Source: an uncultured Planctomycetota bacterium
Lineage (GTDB): Bacteria; Planctomycetota; Planctomycetia; Gemmatales; Gemmataceae
NCBI GenBank assembly: GCA_963849325.1
Contig: CAWKHF010000012.1
Coordinates: 1,056,001 to 1,120,000 of the forward strand
Direction of reading: 5' to 3'
Length of the DNA stretch: 64,000 nucleotides
Part shown: one piece after another, positions 1 to 11,200 of the stretch
How positions within the stretch are numbered: the stretch's first letter is position 1
Layout of the letters: each line of letters opens with the position of its first letter
Translations under genes and position numbers: made by a program
The notes under the pieces: model-generated
Databases searched by the model: none
Told to the model about the DNA's origin: nothing
What the model saw: the letters and a program-made list of their open reading frames with translations, nothing else

Positions 1-726
1 TCCTCATCCCGTTCGTGCAGCACGCGCTGGGCGTCCGCGCGATTCCGCAGGCGATAGGCGGGCGTCTCCTGCGCGCGTCTTGCGCAGGGCGTCGGCCTGG
101 GCCTTGCCCCGCGCTTCGGCCAGCGCCGAGGCGAAATTGGCGAACACCACCGTCAGGAACAGCCAGATGTCCAGGGCGATCAGATAGCCGAGCGAAGCCT
201 CGCTCGGAGAGCCGAACGCCTTGGCGATCGTGTAGAGGATCGATAGGACCGTGCCGACCTCGACCACGAACATCACCGGGTTTTTCCATTGGATGTCCGG
301 GCGCAGCATGACGAAAGCCTGCGTGAGAGCGGTGCGCAGCAGGTCCGGCGCGAACAGCCCGGCACGCCGACTCCTGCGCCGAGCCAGCTTCGCATCTTTC
401 ATGCGATCCTCTCGTCGCTTCGGGGGCAGCGGCACTTCCGAATCGGGCGAGGGGGAGGGTATACGGCTGACGTAAATAGGATTCATCACGAGCCTCTCGT
501 AATCGGCAATCGACCGTTCGTAGGCTTTCCGCCCCGTTCTTCGGGCATTGACGAGGACTGCCCCGAAAACGGCGAGCACCGCCAGGAGGAGAAGAACGGC
601 GAAGGACTCTCCGATCGCCAGCGATACGGCCATGAGGAACGAAGGGCAGACAGGCGCGAGCATGGGAGTGAGCCAGTACAACATTGGACCTTCCAACAAC
701 GCGGGCGATCCGGGACCGAAGTACAC
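1..726 (-). CDS. kdpB: K+-transporting ATPase subunit B, N-terminal part (runs off window); canonical KdpB sequence begins near ATG 402, and the ORF is open ~108 codons further upstream
   Basis: WKNPVMFVVEVG and IWLFLTVVFANFASALAEARGKAQADALRK are diagnostic KdpB N-terminal motifs; lies directly downstream of kdpA. Confidence 0.93.
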
Positions 727-2526
727 TTAGCCCCCAAAGGGCATCGGCCCGAAGTGTTCGGCGACCGGGCCGAGCACGGCGGCGGGCATGAACAGCAAGG
801 CGCCGACCAGCAGGATCGTGCCCAGGATGACGAAACCGAACGTGAGGGTGTCGGTGCGGAGCGTGCCGGAGGTGAACGGCGTCCGTTTCTTGGCGGCCAG
901 ACTGCCCGCCAGCGCGATCGGGGCGATGATGGGGATGAATCGTCCCAGCAGCATGACCAGGCCGGTGGCGATGTCCCAGTGTGGACTGTAAGGGGCCGGC
1001 TCCTTGTTGTCGTTGAACCCGTAGGTGTCGCCCAGACCCTCGAAGCCCGAGCCGTTGTTGGCGGACGCCGAGCTGAATTCGTAGAGGATCTGCGAGAAGC
1101 CGTGCGGTCCCGGATTGTTGGCGGCGTCCGTGCCCCATTGGAGGGCGGCGAACAGGCCGGTCGGGCCGAGGATCAGGATGGGGTGGATCGAGCAGGGCGA
1201 GCATGGCCAGTTTCATCTCGCGCGCCTCGACCTTCTTGCCGAGATACTCCGGCGTGCGGCCGACCATCAGGCCGGCCAGGAACACGCCGACGATGAGGTA
1301 GACGAGCAGGTTCACCAGGCCGACGCCCTTGCCGCCGAAGACGCAGTTGAGCCACATGCCGGTAAACGGCGTCAGACCGGCCAGCGGATTGAGGCTGTCG
1401 TGCATGCAGTTGACCGAGCCGCACGTCACCGCCGTGGTCACGGCCGAGAACGTCGCCCCCGCCGAGGTGCCGAAACGCAGCTCCTTGCCTTCGAGGTTGC
1501 CCAACTCCGTTTGATCGACGGGCAGCGCCGGCAGGGCGGCGACGTCGATGCCGTCCTTGCTCTTCGTTCGTTCGGCGTGGGCAGTCAGGGCCGGATTGGG
1601 CTGCTGCGTGTCGAAGTGGACGGCCCAACCGATCATGCCGAGGAACATCATGAGCATGACGCCGTAGATGACGGCGGCATGTCGCATTTGCCGGAGCATT
1701 CGGCCGAACATGACCACCAGCGAGAACGGGAAGATCAAGATGCTGACGCACTCGAAGTAGTTGCTCCAGGCGCTGGGGTTCTCGTAGGGGTGGGCCGAGT
1801 TGGCGCCGAAGAAGCCGCCGCCGTTGGTGCCGAAGTGCTTGATGGGCAGCACGGCGGCCACCGGACCGCGAGCGATGGTCTGCGGCTTCGACCCGCCGTC
1901 ATCGCTCGCGCCCATCGCGTCCGGCTCGACCGTGGATGCGGCGGCGGCCTTCTCGAACGTCATCGGCACGCCCGCCGCCATCAGCAGGACACCGCCAAAC
2001 AGGCTGGCCGGGACGAACACGTAGGCGACCACTCGCCACATATCGAGGTAGTAATTGCCCATGTGACACGTCGCCGCGCAGGCCGCGCGTGATGGCGGCC
2101 AAGGCGCAGAAACCGACCGCCGCCGACACGAACATGTTCCAAACGAACAAAAGCGATCTGACTCCAGTACGACAGATGGACTTCGCCGGAGTAGTGCTGC
2201 AAGTTCGTGTTCGTCAAAAACGACGCGACCGTGTTGAAGATCGTTGTCGGAGCGAGCATGCCCTTGTCGTCGGGGTTGAGCGGCGCGTCCGGCTGCACGG
2301 CCAGCACGACGAAGCCGAAGACGAACATCACCGTGTTGAACAGCAGCAGCGACAGGGCGTACTGCTTCCAGTTCTGCGGCCCCGTGTTCAGACGCCCTTC
2401 GAGCCAGCGCAGCCAGCCGGGGGCGCGATAACGCCCATCCATGATCCAGGCCAGATACAGGCCGACCGGGATGGACAGGGCGATGGTGGTGCCGACGATG
2501 AGCAGCGGCAAAAACCAAACCGACAT
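727..2526 (-). CDS. kdpA: K+-transporting ATPase subunit A (split by several apparent indels)
   Basis: FNTVASFLTNTNLQHYSGE at the N-terminus and MLLGRFIPIIAPIALAGSLAAKK...FMPAAVLGPVAEH at the C-terminus; the intervening minus strand encodes GGGFFGANSAHPYENP. Confidence 0.95.
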
Positions 2527-2542
2527 GGGTTCGCCTTTCGTC

Positions 2543-2623
2543 CTAGAACCACTCGGGGCGCAACAGCGCCGCGAGCAGGTAGATGAACAGGAACAGAGTC
2601 ACGAGGACCGTCAGCCAGATCAT
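2543..2623 (-). CDS. kdpF: K+-transporting ATPase subunit F (26 aa)
   Basis: Hand translation MIWLTVLVTLFLFIYLLAALLRPEWF*, matching the KdpF YL..ALL.PE.F signature; AGGAGG RBS upstream (2631-2636); not in the ORF track. Confidence 0.92.
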   Translation of the reverse strand: MIWLTVLVTLFLFIYLLAALLRPEWF

Positions 2624-2635
2624 GAGCAATCCTCC

Positions 2636-2730
2636 TTACACTTTGTCGCAGCCTGCCAGAAAGGCGAACATCAGGGCCATCGTGGCGAGGCCGAGCAGGA
2701 ACAGGCCGGCAACCAGACAGTAAGATTCAT
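2636..2730 (-). CDS. Small hydrophobic peptide upstream of kdpF (~31 aa; needs +1 base)
   Basis: With one C restored in GCC(C)TG it reads MNLTVWLPALFLLGLATMALMFAFLAGCDKV*; span is 95 nt (1 short of 96); its stop overlaps the kdpF RBS. Confidence 0.65.
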
Positions 2731-2797
2731 GGCGTCGCTTCGCTCCAGTCGAGGGGCGGATGGAATGACGTCGGGTTAATCCTGCTTCACCCGAGAA

Positions 2798-2813
2798 AGC
2801 AATCGCCGCGCCA
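2798..2813 (-). promoter_or_regulatory. Sigma54 (-24/-12) promoter for the kdp operon
   Basis: Minus strand TGGCGCGGCGATTGCT fits TGGCACG-N4-TTGCW with one mismatch and exact spacing; ~70 nt upstream of the first kdp ORF; adjacent to a GAFTGA activator gene. Confidence 0.8.
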
Positions 2814-2893
2814 GGGAAGCCACGATTCCACTAAGTGACGCTGCCGGGGCGTCTTTCGCCATCGAGAGGTTCGTGCGAAGCCTTCCGCCACCA

Positions 2894-2929
2894 TTGCAAG
2901 TTGCCCGATCGATCTTGCAAAATGCAAGA
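2894..2929. promoter_or_regulatory. Tandem candidate enhancer (UAS) sites for the NtrC-family activator
   Basis: Perfect palindrome TCTTGCA-AAA-TGCAAGA (2913-2929) plus degenerate TTGCA-AGT-TGCC (2894-2905); centres 21 bp apart, ~80-115 bp upstream of the -24 box. Confidence 0.6.
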
Positions 2930-2993
2930 CGGCGAGCGAGAGGCGTCGATCGCGCCTGGCCAATGCCGATCGCAGCCGCTAGGAACATGAGTC

Positions 2994-4336
<1,343 letters not shown>

Positions 4337-4337
4337 A

Positions 4338-4412
4338 AATAGCGAATAGGGAATAGGGCATAGCGAATCGGGAATACGGAAGAAGCTTTGCCCCTATTCC
4401 CTACTCGCCTAT
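4338..4412. repeat. Degenerate inverted heptamer repeat (GGGAATA / TATTCCC type)
   Basis: gcgaata gggaata gggcata gcgaatc gggaata ... cctattccctactcgcctat; same unit as 11657-11788. Confidence 0.7.
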
Positions 4413-4429
4413 GAAAGCGCGGAGGAACC

Positions 4430-6333
4430 ATGACTCTGCGGCAGCGGATCCTGTTGACGTTGGCCCCGCTGGTGTGCCTGCTCGCGGTCATCGGCGCGAC
4501 CGGCATCTTCCTGCTCCGCCAGGTCGGCAATCGCATCGAGGACATCCTGCGCGAGAACTACGTCAGCGTCGAGGCCATGGTCGGTCTCAACGAGGCGCTG
4601 GAGCGCATCGACTCCTCCTTCCAGTTCGCCCTGCAGGGCAAGGAAGACGCCGAACGGCGAATATGAGGCCAATTGGGTAGATTGTACGACGAGAACCTGC
4701 AGCGCGAGGAGAACAACATCACCGAGCCGGGCGAGCAGGAGCTGGTGGACCGGTTGAACGACGCTGACGGACGAGTACCGGCGAGCGCGGCGATCGCTTC
4801 TTCGGCCGGCGAACTCGCCGGCGACGCGATCGCGAGGCGTATTTCGGCGACGCGAAGGGCAACGGGGGCTGTTCCAGTGTTTTCGAGACATCAAGGCGAC
4901 GGCCGGCGCGATCCGCAAGCTGAACCAGGACAGCATGGAGAGGGCCAGCGCGAAGGCCAAGCGGGCGGCGAGGATCTCGCAGCTCTGGCTGGGCGTCGGC
5001 CTGGCGGCCACGGTCGGCGCTGGCCGGCCTGCTGATCTGGAGCACGACGCGCGCGGTCCTGCGGCCGATCCAGGCCGTCACGCAGTCGGCCATCGCCATC
5101 GGGGCCGGCAACCTCAACCAGGCGGTGCCGGTCGTCGTCGCGCGACGAGATGGGCCAGCTCGCCGAGGCGTTCAACCGCATGGCCCGCCAGCTGCGCGAC
5201 TACCGCGAGTCGCACTCCGCCCGCCTGCTGCGCGTGCAGCGCACCAGCCAGGCGACCATCGACTCCTTCCCCGATCCGGTGCTGGTGGTCGATCCGGGCG
5301 GCCGGGTCGAGATGGCCAACCCGGCGGCGCATCGACTTGCTGGGGATCGTGCCGCCACGGCCAGGGCACCGAGCGGCATACGCCTGGCTGCCGCCGACGT
5401 CCCTGCGCGCAGCCGCTGGAGGACGCCTTGCACAAGCACCGCGCCTTTCTGACCCAGGCGTTCGACCAGACCGTCACCTTCCGCCACAACGGCGAGGACC
5501 GCGCCTACCTGCCGCAGATCCTGCCCATCCACGACCCCTTCGGCAGCACGCTCGGCGCCGCCGTGGTGCTCAACGACGTGACGCGCTTCCGCCTGCTCGA
5601 CCAGATCAAGAGCGACCTGGTGGCCACGGTCAGCCACGAACTGAAGACGCCGCTGACCAGCGTCCGCCTGGTGCTGCACCTGCTGCTGGAGGAGACGGTC
5701 GGCCCGCTGACGCCCAAGCAGACGGAGTTGCTGATCGACGCCCGCGACAACGCCGAGCGGCTGCTGGACATGATCGAGCACCTGCTGGCCCTGGCGCGGC
5801 TGGAACAGGGACGCGAGTCGCTGCAGCTCCAGGCCGGAGACGCCGCAGGACGCTCTTGCAGGCGGCCGCCGAGACGGCCCGGCCGCGCGCCGAGGCGAAG
5901 CACGTCGAGCTGGTCGGTCGAGGACGCGTCGCACCTGCCGCCGGTGGCCGCCGACCCGGTGCGCCTCGGCCATGCCCTCAACAACCTGCTCGACAACGCC
6001 TTGACCTACACCGAACCCGGCGGGCGCGATCACGCTGTCGGCCGCGCTCTCGACGAACGCACGGTGCGGCTGTCGGTGGCGGACACCGGCCTGGGCATCC
6101 CGGCGGAGTATCTGCCGCACGTCTTCGACAAGTTCTTCCGCGTGCCGGACCAGAGCCGCGGCCACGGCACCGGCCTGGGCCTGGCCATCGTCCGCGAGAT
6201 CGTGCTGGCCCACGGCGGACAGGTGAGCTGCGAGAGCCAACCGGGACGGGGCACGGTATTTTCTCTGACGTTGCCTGTATGGCGCGAAGATAGGCAGCCG
6301 TCGCATCCGGACGAGCCATTGCTGCTCGCATAG
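4430..6333 (+). CDS. Membrane sensor histidine kinase (TM-extracytoplasmic-TM-HAMP-PAS-HisKA-HATPase; frameshifted)
   Basis: N-terminal TM helix; EMGQLAEAFNRMA (HAMP); VSHELKTPLTS (H box); NNLLDNALTY; DTGLGI; GTGLGLAIVREIV. Confidence 0.92.
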
Positions 6334-6341
6334 GGATTATC

Positions 6342-7475
6342 ATGACCACGCCTTCGGGAGAGCGGCCGTCGCCGGAGCACTTCCTGGCGCTGATCCGCGA
6401 GCAGCAGCGCGGCCGGCTCAAGGTCTACCTCGGCTTCGCGGCCGGCGTCGGCAAGACCTACGAGATGCTGCAGGAAGGCCACCGCCTGCAAGCAGCAGGG
6501 CGTGGACGTGGTCGTCGGCGTCGTCGAGACGCACGGCCGGGCCGACACGGCGGCGCTGATCGGCGACCTGGAGCAGGTGCCGCGGCGGCGCATCGAATAT
6601 CGCGGCGTCGTGCTGGAGGAGATGGACCTCGACGCCATCCTCGCCCGCCGGCCGCAGGTGGCCCTGGTGGACGAGCTGGCCCACACCAACGCCCCGGGCA
6701 GCCGCAACGCCAAGCGCTATCAGGACGTGGAGGAGCTGCTGCAGGCCGGCATCCACGTCATCACCACGCTGAACATTCAGCACCTGGAAAGCCTGTACGA
6801 CATCGTCGAGAGCTGCACCGGCGTCAAGGTCAAGGAGCGCGTGCCGGACTACGTCCTCGGCCAGGCCGACCAGATCGTCAACGTCGATCTGTCGGCGGAG
6901 GACTTGCAGGAGCGCCTGCGCGGCGGCAAGGTCTATCCGCGCGAGCGCGTCGAGAGCGCGCTGGCCAACTTCTTCACCGGAGAGAACCTGACGCGCCTGC
7001 GCGAGCTGGCCCTGGAAGAGATCCGCCACCTCCTCGACCGCCGCCGGCAGGCGCAGAGCGGCGGACGCCCAGGCGGCGTCGGGCCGCGTCATGGTCTGCC
7101 TCAGCTCGCGCAGCCCCAACGCCGCACGTGCTGCTGCGCAAGGGGGCGCGGCTGGCCGACCGCCTGCACGCCCCCTGGTACGCGGTCTACATCAAGACGC
7201 CGAGCGAGGACCTGTCGCGCGTCGATGCGGCGACGCAGCGGCGGATCGCCGACACGCTGGCCCTGGCCCACCAGCTCGGCGCCGTGCCGCTGAATTACGC
7301 CGGCGCGGATTTCGCCGGCGCCGTGGCGGCGTTCGTCCACGAGTACGGCATCACGCACATCGTCCTGGGCCGGACACAGCGGCCGTGGTATCGCCGCTGG
7401 TTCGGCCAATCGCCGCTCGACCGACTGCTCCGCGCCGTTCGCGGCGTCGATGTGATCGTGGTGGACACGCTCTGA
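6342..7475 (+). CDS. kdpD: Stand-alone KdpD N-terminal domain + USP domain (no TM or kinase domain; frameshifted)
   Basis: GRLKVYLGFAAGVGKTYEML, VETHGR, LVDELAHTN, KRYQDVEELL, TTLNIQHLESL, LRELALEE, followed by a USP-like domain ending ITHIVLG...VDVIVVDTL. Confidence 0.9.
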   Translation: MTTPSGERPSPEHFLALIREQQRGRLKVYLGFAAGVGKTYEMLQEGHRLQAAGRGRGRRRRRDARPGRHGGADRRPGAGAAAAHRISRRRAGGDGPRRHPRPPAAGGPGGRAGPHQRPGQPQRQALSGRGGAAAGRHPRHHHAEHSAPGKPVRHRRELHRRQGQGARAGLRPRPGRPDRQRRSVGGGLAGAPARRQGLSARARRERAGQLLHRREPDAPARAGPGRDPPPPRPPPAGAERRTPRRRRAASWSASARAAPTPHVLLRKGARLADRLHAPWYAVYIKTPSEDLSRVDAATQRRIADTLALAHQLGAVPLNYAGADFAGAVAAFVHEYGITHIVLGRTQRPWYRRWFGQSPLDRLLRAVRGVDVIVVDTL

Positions 7476-7499
7476 ACAGGGGCGCCGCCCCGGTCGAAA

Positions 7500-7730
7500 T
7501 CAGCCGTGGGTATGCTCCGGGTCGCGACGGACGTGCAAGACGACGGCCTGCGCCGGCGTCGGCGTCCAGTCCTCCGGCAGCGGGCTGTCGCAATGAAAAC
7601 AGAGGATCTTGCCGGGGAAGCGCGAACTGGTCCCGTGTACGTAGTGCCCATGTCGGTGCAGCATGCCCAGGATTTTTCGCGGACATTCGCGCGCCAGCTG
7701 CAACCAGGCTTCGTCTTGACTCATGGCCAT
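7500..7730 (-). CDS. Small hypothetical protein (76 aa) with Cys/His residues
   Basis: AAGGAG RBS before ATG; MAMSQDEAW...CPRK...HRHGH...CFHC. Confidence 0.5.
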   Translation of the reverse strand: MAMSQDEAWLQLARECPRKILGMLHRHGHYVHGTSSRFPGKILCFHCDSPLPEDWTPTPAQAVVLHVRRDPEHTHG

Positions 7731-8270
7731 TCTCCTTGTGCGAGACGGACGGAAATCGAACCGAGACCCGCGCGACGACCAACTCGGCTCGGCTCTCCCT
7801 TGAGCGGCCAGGTCCGCGCGCACCCCTCCCGGCAGCGCCTGGGATGAGAAGCGTTCCAGCGGGATAATCGGCGTGAATGGAAAGATCAGGGCCCGTGGAC
7901 CACGATGGTTTCACCGGGAGTTTGAGGGCTTGCGTGGCATCGAATAGATAGTTTACCGTCGCGGCCGGGCAAGTCGATGGCACTCTCGCCCCTCATTGCC
8001 GGCCGATTCCGCCGTGGACCCGCCTACTCGTTAGCCTCCTCAATCCTTAACAGACCTTTCCTCCTTGCTTCCGGGCATCGGCCGCGGCGAGTTGCCCTGG
8101 ACATTCATGCGAAGCAATTGATATGAGACGAGCCTGGGGCCGCCGGTAGCAAAATAGGGGGGAGAGAATGCCGAGGGGAGATAGGACATTCATCTCCCGG
8201 CGGCGGTGTGAGCCGGGGCTGTCAAGCCCTGGTCGAAAGATCGATCATCAGGCCCGCGTAGCGCAAGGAC

Positions 8271-11200
8271 GTGAGGATGAGGCTCGACCGCGAGCACGCT
8301 GCGGGGATCGCCGCCTTGCTGATGCTGTTGCTGGCGACCGCCACTCGGGTGGAGGGTGGAGGTTGGAGGGTGGAGGGAACAGACAACTCTTCTCCCTCCA
8401 CCCTTCTCCCTCCACCCTCCACCCAGGAGTGGCCGGCCTGGCTGCCGCGCTACGACGTCGGCATGGACCTCGACCTCGCCAATCACTGCGCCCGCGTCGT
8501 CATGCGGGCCACCTGGATCAACCCTCAGCCGATCCCCACGCGGGAGCTGGTCTTCAACGCCCATTCGCGCTACGTCGTTCCGAAGGGCGACATCGGCATT
8601 ACCGCCAAGACACTCGAGCTGCTGCGCCTGGCTCCTGGCGACTCGATGGGAGTCAAGAATCCTCCCTGCGACATCCAGCGAATCGCCCTGCTGAACTCGA
8701 CGGGGCCACCCCTGCCGCTGGATTTCCGCTATGACGGCGACACGAAGACGACACTGGTGGTGCCGCTGCCGCGCGCGGTTGGACCGGGCGAAGCGGTGAC
8801 GGTGATGCTCGAATTGACCATGCATCTGCCGCCCAAGCAGGGACGTTGGGGCCAGTGGCAGGGCGTCACCACGTTGAGTAACTGGCTGCCCGTCTTCGCC
8901 TACTACGGACCTCCGCGCGACTGGCCGACCAGCACGCCCGCTCCACCGCGGCCGGCCCCGACGCCGGCCTGTACCTGGCAGCCGACGCCGTTCATCCCCT
9001 GGCATCAGCCGTTCTTCAACGAGGCGGCGCATTACCGCGTCCGCGCCGTCCTGCCGGGCGACCAGCTCCTCGCCTGCACCGGCAACAGGGTGGCCACGCG
9101 CTTCCTCGACGACGGCCGACAAGAAGTGGACATCGTCGCTCTCGGCGTCCGCGATTTCGCCTTGCTCTGCAGCGCCCGCTACCAAGTCTTCGACGGCTTC
9201 GTACCGACGCCGCAACCCCAGGCGAGCGCCTCCCTCCACCCGCCGCGCCCCGCGGCGGATGCGGACACCCTGCACGCGCCGCGTCCTCTCGACAACTCTT
9301 CCTCACCCCCCACCCCTCTCCCCCGAAGCGGGGAAGAGGGGGGCCACTTTCTCCCCTCTCCCCCGCTTCGGGGGAGAGGGGTGGGGGGTGAGGGGGCGGC
9401 ACACGGTGTCCACATCCGCGTCCTCGCCTTCCCCGAGCACGAGTATTACGCGCGCGAGATGGTACGCATCGCTACCGAGGCCATCACCGCCTACAGCAAA
9501 TGGTTCGGTCCCTACCCCTGGCCGGAATTCACCATCGCCGAGGCGTTCTTCGGCTGGAACGGCAACGAGTGCTCCACGCTCGTCATGATCGACGAGCGCA
9601 TCTTCGCCATGCCGCACCTGGCGGGCAATTTCGTCGATTACCTCGTGTCCCACGAAATCTGTCATCAGTGGTGGTACAACCAGGTCGGCACCAATGGTTA
9701 CTGCGAGACCTGGATGGACGAGGGATTGGCCACCTACTTCAGTCATCGTTTGCTCAACGCCAAGGTCGGCAAGAACAACAACCTGATGACTTATCCCAAA
9801 GGATTGGGTTGGATACCCAATATCCCACGGGAGACGTATCGCTCTTACGGCCTGTACGGCGCCCTGGGCCGGGGCGACAATGGCCCCATCGTGCGGCCCA
9901 TGTCCGGCTTCGGTCACGTGGCCAACCTCTTCAGCATGACCTACGACAAGGGGTCGCGCATCGTCGGCCTGATCGAGGATCGCCTCGGCCCCGAGGCCTT
10001 CCTCGATTTCATGCGCGTCGTCTTCCACCGCTATCGCTATCGCATCCTGCGCGTCGCCGATTTTCAGCACGAACTGGAAGCCTACACCGGCCGTTCGTGG
10101 GACGAATTCTTCCGCAATTGGCTGTATGGACCTGGCGTGTCCGACTGGGGCATCGAGAAGGTCCAGGTCCAGGCGCCGCCCAAATGCGCCGCTGGGAAAC
10201 CGACTCGGGGATCGCCATGCCGCGACCCGCAATCCACTCGTGTCACCGTCTTCTTGCGCCAGAAGGCCGACATCAACGAACAGACGGTGCTGGGCATCGC
10301 GCTGCCGGGCCAGCAAGGCTATCCGATCCGCATCCCCATCCTGCCGCGAGCGGAGGCATACGATGCGGACGAACCGCCGGCGCACGTCGAGCCGCTGGGC
10401 GATACCTGTGTCCGCGTCGATCTTTGGCTGTCCGAGGCGCCGGCGCAGATCGCCGTCGATCCGGATCAGATCCTCGTGGACCGTAATCCGGCGAATAACT
10501 TCTGGAAGGCGCCGGTGCGTTATCGCGTCACGCCGGTGTACACGTTTCTCGAAGAGACGGACATCACCACGGCCTACGATCGCTGGAACGTCATTATTGG
10601 GCCGTGGATCTACGGCACGGCGTATTACGACGCCTGGTACACACGGACGACGGCGACCATGGTTGGTTTCCGCGCCGGGCTGTACCGCACGCAAACCTTC
10701 GCCGGCGGCGTGTACACGGGTTATCGCACTGACTACCGCGACGTGGTGGCCGGCGTGGACGGACTGTTCGACCACTTTCCCGACAGTCATTTCCAGGTCG
10801 GCTTCGATTTCGAACAGCGGCTGGCGCAGGTTTTACCGGGTCAGATCGATGCCAAGCGCGGCGTGCTGTTTGGCCGTTACATCTTCAAGTACGGCTCCAG
10901 TCTTTATTATCCGCCGATGGAGTTCATGGAGTCGTTCGTCACCTACCAGGACAATTTCCTGCCCTTCGTGGCCAATCCGACCATCCAGGGCGTCCGCTTC
11001 GACAATACGACGTCGGCCGGCTTCCACTACCGCAAGGACTACTTGACACCGTACTGGAACCCGGAAGGCGGCTTTCGCTTCGACGTGTGGTATGAAGGCG
11101 GCGTGGCGATGCAACCGCAAACGGTGGGCATGCAGAAGTTCTCCAGTCAGTTCTCGTTCGTGCAGACGCTACCGGATTTTTCCGATGCCGTGGCGGGGCT

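Noticed and set aside
2731-2990. c-di-AMP (ydaO) riboswitch upstream of kdp
   Set aside because: No recognisable ydaO consensus; the predicted leader is only ~55 nt; sigma54 elements explain the region
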